The notes under the pieces are model-generated. The model was given only the letters and a program-made list of their open reading frames with translations. It made no database searches and was not told the DNA's origin. The position numbers were made by a program, and so were the translations under genes. A stretch of 63,997 nt of DNA, filler included, from Diploschistes diacapsis (taxonomy: Eukaryota): the NCBI GenBank assembly GCA_023645945.1. It is 8 parts of 8 records of this genome, joined end to end, with 100 filler letters (N's around TTAATTAATTAA, not from the genome) between each part and the next. Parts side by side here need not be neighbours in the genome. Positions count along the whole stretch, not along the records: positions 1 to 7,986 come from JALAIB010001213.1; positions 8,087 to 16,070 come from JALAIB010001214.1; 6 more parts are not named here. One strand, 5' to 3'. Within the stretch, counting starts at the first letter, position 1. Each line of letters starts with the position of its first letter. Below are positions 1 through 13,681 of the stretch, in pieces.

Positions 1-500
1 TTTTAATCTTTTACGGCATTTTTATATAGAAATTTAACCTTTTATATAATTATTTAAACGGATTTAATCCGCCTTTATATAAAATCAAATTTTATAATCT
101 ATATGGGAATAAATTATCATTGGAGTCAATTATGAACCAAACTACTTGACAGGTATATCATGTATAAAAAGTGAGCGGAGTAGGTAGTATTATTAAGATA
201 AACAGGAGATGCGTTATCTTCCTGCTAAATGAAATGGACCACTTAATATTAGGCATTGAATCTGTATTTCTTATTGGTGGGCTCGTTTATTTAAGGAGAC
301 AACACATCAAGACCCTTGGGGATATCTTTGATTACCTCCAGATAGATAGGTTGAATATCTCAAGCTCAATCTATTTTTTAAAATCCATTAATCTCGCCGA
401 CGACCCTACATGAACTCTACTTATATATATATATAATGATGTAGTGCAACTCTTGGACTTTCTAGACATATGCTTTTAAGTAACAACATTCTTCAGTTTG
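1..500. repeat. AT-rich, TA-enriched relic at the window start, probably a RIP-degraded repeat
   Basis: Composition only (TA-rich, low GC). No recognisable coding motif; boundary approximate. Confidence 0.35.
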
Positions 501-987
501 GACTACGTAATGTGGATATGGAAACGTATAGAGCTCAATAGACGGTGGTGGACCTGCATAGGAAATGTTGCGACTTCTTGAAACTATTTGGAGAAACTCT
601 CGGAATGACGAGGAGACCTGCTTGGACCAAATCTACCGTTGGTGACTAGAAACTGCAATAAAGGAAAGCTCATTATTCAGGACAGTCTAAGTAACCTTCC
701 TGATTGTCTACGCCCGTCTCGCCTGGTCATATTATTTCATGGTAAAGGGTACATTAATAGAATCGTCCATAATAGACCATCATGCGACACGAACGTTCAT
801 ACATCTTGCCTCGCGGCGGTAACAAGGTTCTTGATACAGGGCCGGCCACCGGGGCAAAAGACTGGAGATCTCACCCCATGACCACCGAGGCGACAAACCA
901 TAAAGAATGCCAGTAAAGTACCCAAATGAATATTCCGACATGGCATCTCCCAAAATGTCCACTTCTCAAAAGTTTTGCAACAACGGG

Positions 988-2900
988 TTAGATGATTGCG
1001 CTGATCGTTTGTAGGGCCTGAACTGGCGCCTGAACACCATCACGCCCCTCAACCTTGACGCTCGACGACGCCACACTACCCATGAAACTTTCGTCCTTGA
1101 TAGTCTTGGTCTTAGAGGAGGATCGGTTCTGCAGCGTATCCCGGCGTCTCTTGGGCGCGTCTTTAGCTCTTTGGTGAGCATGGCACTACTAAGATTAGAC
1201 GTTTTCCAACCGAACGAATTGCGATACCTACCTTGTACGCATGACGGAACCATGTCGTTCCCTTCTTCTTGTTGGAAATCAAGGCAATCCAGTCGTCACA
1301 GGTCCCACACAGGCCTTCCCAGACATCCGGATTACCGCTCATACGACGAGTTTCCATGGGCGCATCAAATGGCAAGCCAGTGGCGGCGCTTATCCCGTGC
1401 GTGAAGCTCTTGTCGTACCAGAAAGCAGAGTTCTTAAGCACCAACCACCTGCCCGGTTTGCAAAGGCCACAATAGCCTTCTCTCTTGTTACCATGACCGC
1501 GGACGAATCGAGGCGTGTAGAGGTCACCCTCGAAACGCAGCTCCTGCTCGGAAGGTTCCATGTCCGGGTCGTCAGGCTTCATGTCTTCCTCGCTCGGAAC
1601 GGACTGCTCTTCAGAGAGAGCACCAAACAGATCAGGTTCGTCCGAACCGTCCGTGTGACTTGTGGGATGACCATAGGAGTGAAGATGATTATCTGCTACC
1701 CCAGTGGACGGCAAAATGCTTGGCGGTGGATTCTCACACGTTGCATCCTCGAACGAGGAAAGGAAGAAGTTGTCACAGGAATACATCGGCCTTGGCGCAA
1801 TTAAGGGTTCCTCTGATCCAAAGAGATTGTCGAAGTTGCAATCGTCACCGTTGACTCCATTGTCGAACATGGACGAGTGGGGGGTAGTGTAACTACCAAA
1901 AAGGTAATCGTCGCAGTATTCCTCCACTGGGGAGCAGCATTGGGTGGCTGGCATGGAAAGAGGCATCATGGACAAGGTGCTCGACGTTGAGATGACACTG
2001 TTGCTCCTCGTATGACTTAATTGGTAAGGCGACCTGCGGTATCGGCGGTTTGAAGGGGCGCGAGGTGCGGGCGCTCGAGAGACCGACCGCGATCTTCGAC
2101 TCTGTCCGAAGGTAGCAGTCACGTCCTCCTCTAGCGTGGGCATTTCGATACTTGGAGCAAATTCGGAGCTCATGGACGGCATTGAGGACATCTCAGATAG
2201 ATCAGCAAAATCGGAAATTGTGTCACCGCTAGACATCGAGGACAGTGACCGGCGATCCGGCGACATGGGGCTCGCTGACATCCATAGTTCAGCATCACTG
2301 AGCCGTATTAGATCACCAAAGTTGTCGGTCGTTGCGCTGAAGGTCATGGACCCGAAGTCAGGCTCCTGGTCCAGGAAGTTCATGCCCAAGCCTTCTTGTT
2401 TGACGGATTTTGGGTCTAGCCCGAGGACTGGATAATTTGTCAGCGGCATCCATGAACCCCCTCCGGGCATATGGTAACGTACTGGACTCCCATGATTCCA
2501 AATCATGACCGCTTTCTGGTGTTGAGTCCAACGAGTTGTCCATGTTCGTGGAGCTGATCGGTGTTGACGCAAAGGAATCGTGGAATTGCTGTGGGCTGCA
2601 CGAGCTCATTGGAGTAGCAAAGGGTGTGAACTGCTGCTGGTAAACAGGATTGGGCGTGATCGACCCATGCCACGTGTTCACCGGTAAGGAGGCTGCCCGC
2701 TGTGGCGTTGGCCGCACGGGTTGGCCGGCGTTGTTGACGGGAAAGCGCGATCGATTTGCTGGCTCTGTGAAGCGACTCTGCCTATAGGCATGGAAAGGCA
2801 TACGGATGCTGGTGGAAAGCTGCAAACTACGGGACTGTCAGCTTGGAACAGGACCGTCCGGGTGTATGGGCACCTGCCATCTTGCAGTATGTGGGTCCAT
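988..2900 (-). CDS. Rua1-like transcription regulator (Rua1 C-terminal/DUF4451 domain), 4 exons
   Basis: ATG at 2900 (MDPHTARWQ|LSTSIRMP). Intron 2428-2482 (GTACGT..GCTGAC..CAG) joins ORFs 2358-2825 and 1163-2572. A last intron after HAYK gives CHAHQRAKDAPKRRR..TAA at 988-990. Motif DLYTPRFVRGHGNKREGYCGLCKPGRWLVLKNSAFWYDKSFTHGISAATG is typical of this family. Confidence 0.8.
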
Positions 2901-4201
2901 TCCGGGATAACGATAACTGTGCTGGAGTAACGAGCGTAGTCTCTCCAAAGCTAGTCTGGAAGACGGGGCAGGGCCTTGGCAAATGAGTGAAGATAGGCCC
3001 TCTAGACGGCAGTATTACAAAAGGGTGCAGCAAGCAGTTCAAGGGAAAAGACTAGAATAGGACCGCTCCCTGAGCGTAAAGTTAGAGCACAGCTCTGGAA
3101 GAGAAGAAAACGAGCAGAAGGCCTTACGTCTAGCAAAGCAGCAACGGGAGAGAACGAAGACTCAATGCAAAGAAGAAACGCATAAATGAGAGAGCAAGTG
3201 GCCATGATATGTATACCTCGGGCATGAAGTCCTGCGCGCAAGCTGATACACCTCGGAAACCTAGAGCGTTGAGATTCTGGCGCATAATCGAAGGAGGTGC
3301 TGGTAGAAGTCATGGCGGATCGCGTGGCATCACCCTCCCACTCTCTTTGCACTAGGCGTGCATGATGTCCTCCGGAGCAGTAGTGCTACGAAGAGTAACG
3401 CTTACAAAAAGACGAAGGCGAAGGATACAACCCGATAGACTTAGCAAACCTAGTGGCCCTAGTACTAGGTACCCAGTTCATTCTGAGTGTGGCAGAAGGG
3501 TCTGCAAGTGATCTCTCGGATTCGCACGAGCAATCGAGTTGAGGCTTTAATGGGGGGATTGTGAGCGTGAGCAGAAGCGAGCACTGCTGCATCGGTGGAA
3601 GAAAAGGTAACGTAGCAGGGGCAAAGGGGGCAAGAAGCGAGTCGGTGGTAATGCCACGGCTATCCTCTCTTTCTCTTTCGCGGCGAGGGTATCGGTAAGG
3701 CTATGAACGAGCAGGATGCGGTTGGGCGGCAGGCTCGAAGAAGTAGCGAAAGAGTGGCATGAGGGTGGTATCTTGGTGCTGGTGGTAAAACCGGCGGTTA
3801 GTCCTCGTTTGGTTTCTGACCGACCGATGTTTCGGCTTTTAGATTCCCAGGGAGAGACCAGAGTAGTACAGAGGGAATGTTCGGATGGTTGTGTGTTGTG
3901 AGCGGGGCCCAGGCCGAACGAAGTACCTCATGAGGAGCAAATACCACTGTACCAGTCAAGTACCAACTCTCAACTCTGTAACATGTACACTGCACTGGCA
4001 CAACTAGTCCTGATCCGTATTTCCTTTACGGGTTACGTTACACGGTTACACCCTGTCAGGTCTGTTTGATGTTTGGATCTACAGGAGGCGCCTTTGCTGA
4101 TTCTCAATAATCATCTGGCTACTACTTTCTTTCGACCCCCGCTCTGTTCATGCAGGTATCTTAACGGGTACCTGATTCGTACCTGCAGTAGCGGCCACAG
4201 A

Positions 4202-4257
4202 TATCATGATCTACTTAAGAGATGTCAACAGGTATCATGATCTACTTAAAAGATGTC
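4202..4257. repeat. Short direct duplication (25-bp core twice, 31-bp period)
   Basis: tatcatgatctacttaagagatgtc / tatcatgatctacttaaaagatgtc. Confidence 0.85.
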
Positions 4258-5220
4258 GTATTTACTTCATCTGGCTGTTATAAACCATGGATTTCGATTC
4301 TTGCATAATCTTCCCGGGGATTTCTGGAGGCTGTTGATGGCGATACTAGTACACGCTTCCCTTTCTTTCCTTTGAACTGCCCAGCTAACCTACAGTGCGT
4401 GTGGGGTCAGAGAACAAAATAGGTTTCAACTTCTCAAACACAACCTTTCCCCCGAAAAGGTAAAAAAAGGGGCCAAGGCGGCTAGGCTAGGGCTTGTTGT
4501 CGCCGCGATCGAATCACACATCAAAGGTTGTTTCAGAAGCACCGGCAGACAACTTATAATCTACCTCCGTATTATGCCGAGGTAACCCTTTTTTCATAGG
4601 ATCAACGTACCTGCACCTCAGGGAGATTCTCCCATGCATTGAACCTGGAAAGCGCAGATTACAGCCATCACATCCAGATAAAACGAGACATTGTTAAACA
4701 TCACTACATTCCCTCTTTCGGCTTAGATTATGTACCATCTCCTCCGCAGGAACGTCCCAACCTTATAGCGTGACAAGGCATCCTTGCTCGGTCCAGCCCG
4801 ACACCACAGGGCAAGATGACCGCAACCAGGCGATTGTCATTCTCTTCCACCACCACCACCAAAAGGGCTCCGCACAGTTTCCGCCTTCATCGATGCCCAC
4901 GAACTTGCCAAGGATACATACGGTGATAGTGAAGTTCTAGCCAGAGATTTCCATTTCGCCGGACTGCGACGAGCTATCCTGCCGCTCGAATATCGTAAAA
5001 ATAGGAAACCCTTGTACCGGGCCACCAGTCTCCCACAAAGACACCTTCCCATTTTTCTCGCGCAGACAACCGCCCAAGCAAAGTCCAACAGGTAGTGCCA
5101 GCACCTCGTTGTACTGAGAAATTAACTTCTTCATCATTTCTAGCAGACGTAGCGAGTTCATACCGCTGTAGAGTGTTGGCGACCACTAACAGAATGGATT
5201 GTTAGCTGAACATCGCCTTA

Positions 5221-7029
5221 TTAGGGCTGAGCTCCGAGTTCGAGTCCCTCTGATCTGGCCGGCATGCTAGAGTCATCTGCAGCGAGACTAGTAGGTCCTC
5301 TAACAGTTGGATCGCCACGCTGAGGGTGTCGATGGCGGAGTTGGGACTCGTCGATTCGTGTTCGAACTCCCACCGCGGAAGCTTCGGGCTCACTGGAACC
5401 ACCCGAGGCGATGGCGATTGATATTGTTCTGGGTAGATGATAGCCTAATTTGCCAACTGGGACACTTAGGCCATGAACAACCTGCTTGCTATTAGGTGAC
5501 GCCGAGCGAAAGTGGTGTGAGAAGTCTCACAATAGAGCATATGGCAAGGAACCATACCACAACCGTCATAACGTCCCCCAACCTCTGTGCATCGCCACGA
5601 ACCTTACCGTCCACAGTAACCGTCTCTAAAAATTGCAAGCTAATGTAAAGATAGAACACGGCACTCACACCAATGGGGCCAAAGAAGCCTACAAAAAGAG
5701 CTTGTTGTTTTTGTTCAATCTGATGTATCTTCCAGTGCATAGCAAAGACGATTGGTAGGCGTCGAAAGAGAAGTACAAGAAGGCCAAGGAAAACCAAGCG
5801 ATAGAGTGGAACGATATCGTTTCGGAGGAAAGATGACCAAGGACAGACTGCGCCAAACCAGATGAAGATGGAAACGTTTAGAAGCATGTCGATTGTTGGC
5901 TGAAGGGAATCATCGAGAGTCTCAAGTCTTCGCTAATCAGTTGTGTTCGAGCGAAGTAGTATGAAGATCGATGTAAGGTTCTAAACAAACCCACCTGAAC
6001 CAATCGCTAGATTAAGTCAGTGTGTCGCAGCAAGACAGGACGTAGATACGAGCACTAACTCAATTGTGAATACATTTCCAGCGATAAAACATGCGAGGAC
6101 GTCGTCACTACTAATCATTCCACACGTTCCGATAATGAAAAGCTATATCCTAAGGGATCAGCTATGACAGATGCGAGAATTATCACATACTGCTAGCGTA
6201 ATTGCGAAAACCAGAAAACTCTCCCGATCTATAAATTGTCTTTCCTCCGCATAATGTAGGAGTTCTTTCGCTAACCATCCTACAAAGGCACCGTAAAGGG
6301 TCCCTAGGAGAATCTGATATCCTAGAGTCTCTGCGACCCAAAGGCCAATGGCGGTACCAGAGCCGCCATTTCCGCTGCTGCTTCCAATGTACTTGATAAG
6401 GTACAGAGCAAGAAATAAGAAAGGATACCCCAGTCCGTCGTTGGCACCGGATTCGGCAATTATGATCCGTTGAAGCTCTTTGGGTATATTTTTGTCTGCG
6501 AATTTGCCCTTCACAATGGTATTAGAGAGCACGGGATCCGTGGGCGTCACACAAGCGCCGACAGCAAGAGCATGAAGAAATGGCAAGTCTGGGATCAATC
6601 CCCAGATGATCAAACTGCTGCACAGCCACATTCCGATCATACCAGGCCCCAGGAGCAGAGCAAGGCTTTTCCACTCACGAGAGAGGTACTTGCTGGGCAA
6701 CTGGACGCCTGCAATGACAAGCTGTACGCCAAGGACAAGCCGGGCGAAGTACAGAGTGACGGCGGCCAGGGCATCTTGAGAGCCCTGTGCATACTCCAAA
6801 GGCCTGATGAGGTTGGTAGCATGGGGAGAAAACACCACCCCAGCGACGAGGGATATTACTTTGGAGTATGGGTCAATAAAGAAGCCGCTTCACAGAGTTC
6901 TCAGCACCTACAAGCCTCGGATAGAAATAGTCGTTCTTTGCATAGATACGAGACGAGGCCAAAGCACAGAATAAACCCTCCAGCAGTTGCACAAACGATG
7001 TTGAAATCAGTTACCTCGAGTGTAGGCAT
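5221..7029 (-). CDS. Plasma-membrane cation/H+ antiporter (CPA1, Nha1/Sod2-like), at least 6 exons including a 12-nt microexon (5995-6006)
   Basis: MPTLEVTDFNIVCATAGGF..LVSYLCKERLFLSEAL; TPTDPVLSNTIVKGKFAD; AESGANDGLGYPFL; DDWFRLETLDDSLQPTIDMLLN; FVGFFGPIGVSA; VHGLSVP. 3' end uncertain: TAA at 5221 if there is no further intron. Confidence 0.9.
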
Positions 7030-7126
7030 TGAAAGGGACCTCGTGGTAGAGCACGGTTTTCTGCACAAGCGGGAGGTTTAGGTCCCGCAACAAACGTCGT
7101 AGATTTGGAGCGTAGGTTAATTACTA

Positions 7127-7335
7127 ACGTGTTTCACCACTTAACGGATCACACCACAAAGCGGCTCACTACATTATAATGTAGATGCGCTAGATAGTTT
7201 TAAGCGAGCTTTTGAGCCCCACAACCACACATAAATTTTTTGTACAAAAGGTGAAAATGTTAAGAAATACATTTTACGAAGGTGCAGGGATTGTGAGCCG
7301 CTTTATGGGGTGGGCCGTTGAGTGGTGGAACACGT
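7127..7335. mobile_element. 209-bp MITE, Fot1/pogo-like (family A)
   Basis: Imperfect TIRs of about 43 bp (acgtgtttcaccacttaacgg..gcggctcac vs gtgagccgc..gtggtggaacacgt), flanked by TA on both sides. Related copies at 16467 and 23098. Confidence 0.9.
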
Positions 7336-7534
7336 TAACCATCGTAAATCTCTGCTGCTGACGAAGCAGGCGTAGTCGTCGGGATGTAATTAGGGGGATT
7401 GGATGTACAATCACATGCCAAAAGTAATGGTCCCTATGTTAGGCATCATCAACTGTAGGAGGTATATCAGGTTCTTGAAAGGACAAGTGCTTCTAAGTAA
7501 TCCTAACTAGAAAAATATAATCTTATTTTATCTA

Positions 7535-7800
7535 ACGTATCCCACAGGTCATCCGCCCACACAAGTCATTTGTCTATTTACTCCACCTTCTACATGTTTT
7601 TAACCTTATAACACAACCAATTCAGATTATAATCAAATTTCTTTTATCTAATTAATACTATAGCGTTGCGAGCATGTACGAGCAGTATATTTGTACGAAT
7701 TATATAGGTTATATCGTGATAAAGCACGTGTTTTTACGAAAAAGCATCATATTTTTCCGTAATTAAAATAATATTTAATCTTGTACGATTCTATCTTTTC
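7535..7800. mobile_element. Left end of a second Fot1/pogo-like element (family B), degraded
   Basis: TA|acgt start with an internal direct repeat (cacaggtcatccgcc / cacaagtcatttgtc) typical of Fot1-type TIRs. A matching inverted fragment gtgagcggatgactt lies at 16451-16465. The body is AT-rich. Confidence 0.55.
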
Positions 7801-7986
7801 TAGACTAGCCGTCACTGACACTGACACTGCCGGTGTCCGTGTCACGGACACCGCGGTGTCAATATCAGTATTTTAAATTTTTTAGCTGCGGTATCAGTGT
7901 CCGTGCTTTTATTATAATGAAGTGTTCGTGTTAATGTCCGTGCCGAGAAATTTTTTGTTATAATATCCGTGTCCGTGCATTTATTA
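7801..7986. mobile_element. Left end of family C element (TAGGCTGGCCGT-type terminus, tccgtg subrepeats), cut by the contig end
   Basis: tagactagccgtcac is a G>A variant of taggctggccgtcac at 23290. It shares internal blocks such as tccgtgcttttattataat and ttttaaattttttagc with that copy. Confidence 0.75.
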
Positions 7987-8086
7987 NNNNNNNNNNNNNN
8001 NNNNNNNNNNNNNNNNNNNNNNNNNNNNNNTTAATTAATTAANNNNNNNNNNNNNNNNNNNNNNNNNNNNNNNNNNNNNNNNNNNN
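7987..8086. other. Artificial contig spacer 1
   Basis: N44-TTAATTAATTAA-N44, stops in all six frames. Confidence 0.98.
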
Positions 8087-8680
8087 GGTGTGGGTTATCG
8101 TGGATTCTTTGTTTGGCGGTGGGAGGTCTAAGCGAGCGGATGATGGGCGGAGACGGCCGAGACGTGTGCTGGCGGCGATAGATCCATGGAGTGGTGGCCT
8201 AATGAACAGGCGGAGATGGAAAAGAGCGATGGAGGAGAGAAAAGAGACCCAAGGATTGTGTGAAGCGAGAGGGCTCAGAGTAGAACTTATTGTCTTGGTT
8301 GTGGGCGTGATTTCGATTTGGCCGGCTGGTACTTTTTCGGCTTAGCTTCGACTGCGATCTCAACGATAGTGGGCGGATGGTGGTCACGCTGGCCTTGTAC
8401 GCGCGTGGGGTGGGGTGATGGGGCATCTAGCGGCTTGGGTGGTCTGGAAAGGGCTCAGAAGAAGATAGGATCGATAAAGTAACATGTGCATAGTCTGAGA
8501 AGCACGGCGCTTTGCTTGCGCGACTTATCGACAGTGGGTATGATAATCAGTATGTTAAAGCTACAGGGAGCGGTAGTGATATCCTTCGCGCAGCCTTACG
8601 GAATATGCATTTGTACACAACCTGCTCGCCCCACGCAATGCGTGGGGAAATCTCCAATATAATATTACAGTCATGCTATA

Positions 8681-9627
8681 TCATCTTCCGAACCAGCTTG
8701 ACCAGCCCTTCGTGCTAGTCGAGGATGTTGTTGCTTTAGTTGCCTGCTCCGCCATCTGGTCTAATGGACCCGGCTCGGAGCCCTTGTCTTCTAGCAACCG
8801 CTCTCCTTCGCGCCTTTTCTCCTGTATGGCATCCAAGATCGAGCTCGTCGAAGTCGACTTTTGCGTCGAGTCTTTCACATGCGGTGCCTCCGACGGTGAC
8901 ACCGGGGCTGAGCCATCATCGACAGAAGGCTTTTCCCCGAGGTTCTCTAGCCCGAATGGTTTTTCCTCCTTCTTAAGGTGTTCGGATGAAAACACGCCCT
9001 TAATGCTCTTCCAAACGCCCTTCCTGTTCTGCCGCTCCTGTTCCGCTTGTGCGGCGGCCCGCTCCCGATTAAGAAGTAATATCTGATCGTCGTTGGCGGT
9101 CCCATTTGCCTCTGCCGCCACCGCAAGCGCCAAAGCTTGTTGCCACTTCTCATGCTGATCCGCATACCACTCCCGCTTCTTTCGTCGGTTGTAGAGTATC
9201 ATGTCGCCAAGTGAGAAAACCGTTACGCCGGCAGCGATCACTATAGATACGCCCATTAGAATGGCTCAATCGACAGATACATGTGTACCAATGACCAACC
9301 AGTAAACCCCACCAGCCCCATGACCGTGATCCTGTGCGCCGAATCCGCAATCGACCGTCCCCTTACAACGATCTTATCCCATGCCGATATCTCAGCCGCC
9401 CTCTTTGCCGCATGCGCGGCTCTTAACCTTGCTACTTTTTGCGCCGGTGTTTCTATGGGACCCGAAGTATGGTTCGTATTTGGTGTTGGAGCTTTGCGTT
9501 GCGATTGTGGATGTGGTGATCTTGAAGTTGCAGCCCTGGCTGCAGCGAGGCGCGAGGTCGTAGGCTTCGTGAAGGCATGGGGAGAAGTAGCTGTGAATCG
9601 AGTAGCGTCTGCCACAGAGCGAGACAT
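8681..9627 (-). CDS. Cox14-domain cytochrome c oxidase assembly protein, 2 exons
   Basis: MSRSVADATRFTAT..ETPAQKVARLR..WDKIVVRGRSIADSAHRITVMGLVGFT|VIAAG..DMILYNRRKKREW. Intron 9241-9299. Confidence 0.75.
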
Positions 9628-10100
9628 AGCTATCGCATGCAATGATCACGAATCCGGTAAGTAATGGCTAATCATTCGGGTAGTTTGCACACCTTCGTTT
9701 GACGCTTCAGTACGCTCTATCTTTGATGACGATGCCAGGCTTGATAGATCAACCGCCAGGGAAACTTTTCTGGCTGGAGATATTCCTGGGCAGAACAGCG
9801 TCGGGGTTAACGATTTATCCGGGATTCTGCTTTAATGCTCTCTCATCTCTCATCTCTCCCATTTCTAAGCCATGTCAAGTGTTACTGCTGCTACAAGGCG
9901 CTCAATTGCATGATTTGTTATTCCCTGAATGTACCATGAACATCGTCGTTGTGGATAAATCCCAGGAAAATGGGTAGATGAATTTTTGCAAGGGTAACAA
10001 CCTCTAGCTTTGACTATAGTTGGATAGGCTCTTCAACCTGTAGTTTGTTTCTTGGAGCCTGCAATTTTCAAACATAGTTCTGCCGGCACAGAACAGCGAA

Positions 10101-11019
10101 ATGAGTTCCTACGACTACCACACGCCAGATCTGGCGTCGATCCTCAGGACCTTGTCCGGACAAGGAGGACGGCAGAACATACAGCAGACCTCTACACTGC
10201 CCGTACAGGAGACCCAATATGGACATTATCCACTTCCCCTAGCTGCAAATGCTTCTGGAAACTATTATACTCAGCAGGCCCAGACACCATATATGCAGCA
10301 TAGTCTGCCCTACCCATCGCTTCCCATTAGTCAATCATACAGCCCAGTACCAAAGGCTGTTCCTGAACCGCCTCAGAAGACTAAACCTGATGTTGATCCT
10401 AAGACAATAACAACATGGCCTTCCGCTTTGCGTTATGTGACGAAGCTCACCCAAGATGATGAAATCACGGACCGAATTAAGAAGCTGATCAAATCCCAGC
10501 ACGACCATGAAAAGCAGTGGGCTGAGGGTAGAGAAAAGCTAATCCAGGATCGACAGAAGAGAGAGCAAGGGCGCAACTCGATCAACGACATCTTGTAAGT
10601 CAAATAGTTTCTCAAGATCAGAGAAGATCGCTGATATGGATGCAGGCGTGCCGTTGGAGGCCTTGTCGATACGGCGCCGACCGGCACCGTGAGCTTGAAA
10701 TGTTCTCTTCGTCCCTCAGTAACTAACCTTTGTGCAGGACACAGAAGACGAAGCGACTGCCTTAGCCACTTATGATAAGAAGGTGCACAAGGCTTGCACC
10801 GAAATGGTCAGGTCCGTTACCAGCGAGCTTGCCACCCTCGGCATCCCGTTCTTCGTTATCAATCGTTCTCTGATCGAGGAGGGACACGATGATCCTGGAC
10901 ATAATTCCGCGAGTGTTTCTGCAAAGCCACCGGAACAGACGATATCTTTGACTTCCAAAGCCCTGAAGGTTCTTCAAACGCGAATGCTAGAGCTATTAGA
11001 GGACCTCTGCAGGGATTGA
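10101..11019 (+). CDS. DUF2458-family fungal protein, 3 exons
   Basis: TITTWPSALRYV..IKSQHDHEKQW..L|RAVGG..YDKKVHKAC..LGIPFF..LQTRMLELLEDLC. Introns at about 10595-10645 and 10689-10737. Confidence 0.75.
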
Positions 11020-11133
11020 GGCATTAATATCTACTCCTTGTTCTTTGATCTTGAGCAGTTTTGCTATTCTCACTGATCATCGTCAAGAGCTCTCAAGCCA
11101 GACCGCACACATACTTGGTAGTCTTTCTAGAGC

Positions 11134-12841
11134 TCAGGAGCCCTTCTCCGTAGCTGACGACTCTGATTGCTTATTATCTCGAGAGGACTTCCCCATGGGT
11201 TCCCCTCTCGCTAGATTCAGCCCTCTTCGGAATATGCCCGAGGAAACGGCATCCGTATTGTGACCGTGGACCACATTGAGAAGCATCAAGCTGCCAATTA
11301 TGATCCAGACATCTCCAGTCTTGCCAGGTCGCCAATAGCCTTTCTTTACACCGAGCTTCCAAAGACTTTCCAAAGAAATCCTCAACCCGTACAAGAAATG
11401 TGGTCTTCCGTGCTCGCGCTCGAGGAAGGCCCACAAACCCGCTAGAAACCCGCCCAGGAACCAACGTTTTGTTGGCAGAAAGTTTTGGGGGAAGAGATTC
11501 TGAAACAGACAAATGCTTCCCCAAGAAGTGCCGATGGAGGCTGCAATGGATGTAGTGGACAGCAGAACGGACTTCGACCATCTGTTCAATTCCCTGCTTG
11601 GGTCCGCCATGATTTTTCTGTACCGCGGGACTGCGAAAACGGCATAGACTACAGCGAAGAACCTTGTTAAACGGGGTATAGTCTTGACATAATACTCCAC
11701 GTTCGTCCGAAGACAGGAAGGTTCGCTTGGATGGAGCAAGGCGCAACTCATATTGCGGATTGCCGGATGTGCAGACGATGTAATCGGAGAGATGCTCTCC
11801 AATGCGGAGGGCAATGTGCTTTTCACATCTGGAAATAGTATAGGAGACACAAACAATGGATACCGAAGACGAGACATTGTAGCTAGTCCGTCGACAATGT
11901 CATCTTGACTCGGCCAGGGTAGACTTTGCGGTAAATGCGCTGGTCTTTGCTGTACATAGTTTGGGGTGAAGTTCATGATGAACTTCCCATATGCCTATCA
12001 AGCCATAAGCATGAGTTCCACGAGCTTGATTGAACCCCTCGAACCTGTGGAAAGCAGTCTCTGTCAAACACAAAGGAGTGAAGTAGCTGGCCGAAGGTAA
12101 ACGGCATGAGCATCCAGCTCCCAAACCACCACGGTCGGCCCTCAAACCAGCCGTCTGCGTCGAGAGCATTGAAGGCGAACTCGCCTGCTTTTGTAGCAGT
12201 ATATATTGCAATCACCACTCTGGTACCATCATTTGGCGCGACTGCTAAAGCATATCCCGCGAAGCTGGCCCCAACCGCGGGAGCCAGACTTGAGGTCAAC
12301 ACCCTTGATACACGCGGGTTCCTTTTACGGAAGGGCGCAGCGTCCTTCGTAAGTAGGTTCAAACGTAAGCGCGAAAAAAAGCGGTGGAGCAGACGGTGAA
12401 AGAACAGGAGCAACGAGGCAGACAGGGATAATCTAAAGTTGGCGGACTTCCAAAAGGGACCTTTGGCGACAACGACCCTTCTCAAGTTAATCAATGCCTT
12501 TTCAGTGCCCCAGTTCGATCATACCTCTGCTGCTGGGCACGTCTCCTCGAGATCTGAGCCAGGATAAACTGGTACAGCTTCAATGCCGCTTGGACGGCCA
12601 AGAAAAGCCGCGTAGATACCCTGACCGTTGCCGCATTGAAGTCGTCCACGTTGGTCAAAGAACTGGCATACGTCGAAGACGAGGGCAGTTTCCCATGAAT
12701 GTAAGGAGGTAGCTGGCTCAGGATCCGCCGTCGAAACCATATGTACTCACTTTCACTCAAGGTATGCTGTATAGCACACCGCACCGCTGGACTGACCTTG
12801 GTAGGGTCGCCATCACGGCTTCCATGCTCATTTGCGGCCAT
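11134..12841 (-). CDS. TMEM135-like (Tim17/PxMP4-related) integral membrane protein, 3 exons
   Basis: Three collinear ORFs joined by GT-AG introns (12478-12524 and about 11995-12044). Motifs RPWWFGSWMLMP..GQLLHSFVFDRDCFP and TSWGSICLFQ..RWFLGGFLAG. Confidence 0.7.
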
Positions 12842-13681
12842 GATAGCTTCAAGATACAATGTACATGTACTGCTAGTATAGGAGAGGCTTGAAGCACTTT
12901 CTATGATGCAAGAAGAACATTACGGAAATGCCACGACTTAATTCTTCTTGCGGCTACTTTATTGTCGCGCAACCGCGTTATTTTCGCGCAATGCTATTTT
13001 ATAACTATTTTTATTATAGGTAATGCCTAGCATAATCTTTATTTGATTGGTTTTCTCACTTATAATCATCGTGAAAAGTTTTAAGTATGGCAAAATAAGG
13101 CGAACCGGTAAAACTAGCAAAACTACAAGACCGGGCGAAATCTAATGAAAGTGTTGAATAGGGAATATTTAGTTTATTAATTGTATTTTTTAAGGTTGGA
13201 ACAGCCTGGCTACTTGAGAGCTCAGGGCTGAACCTTATAGGGCTGTAGGGCTGAGCTGGGAAGTATCAACTTCGCTACCTACACGTGATCCTTCCTGATT
13301 AGGCCTAGCCCCTGGCTGTGTGGTGTATCTATGCGTCTATGAGTTTAGAACCTTCTTAAAGCTTTAAACGACGATAAGATGGTTGTAAGAATAATAGTAG
13401 GGATTCATTTTTTATTCACATGGAGTCAAGCGAGGGACCATTACTTTGGCATAGTACTGTAACAACCACGGGTGTTTGTCGAAGGCATGATGTGTCTTTA
13501 AAAACTTTCAGTCCAAGAATATCCCATCTCAGCACGTAACCATTTTGAGATTAGTGTGAGATCTGTCGCTTGGCACCTCTTTTGTTTACTTTTGTTCAGT
13601 AAAGAAAGCATCTTACCGAAGCAGCACACAGCACTTTAACCTCCTTGTATCGCTCAATCTTGAGAGTCACTGCGTCCCACA

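Noticed and set aside
3002..3352. uORF-like frame upstream of the Rua1-like gene
   Set aside because: TSS unknown and no recognisable conserved peptide.
4974..5205. Possible extra 3' exon of the antiporter (branch-like GCTAAC..TAG near 5186-5205)
   Set aside because: No convincing donor or protein similarity; RNA-seq is needed.
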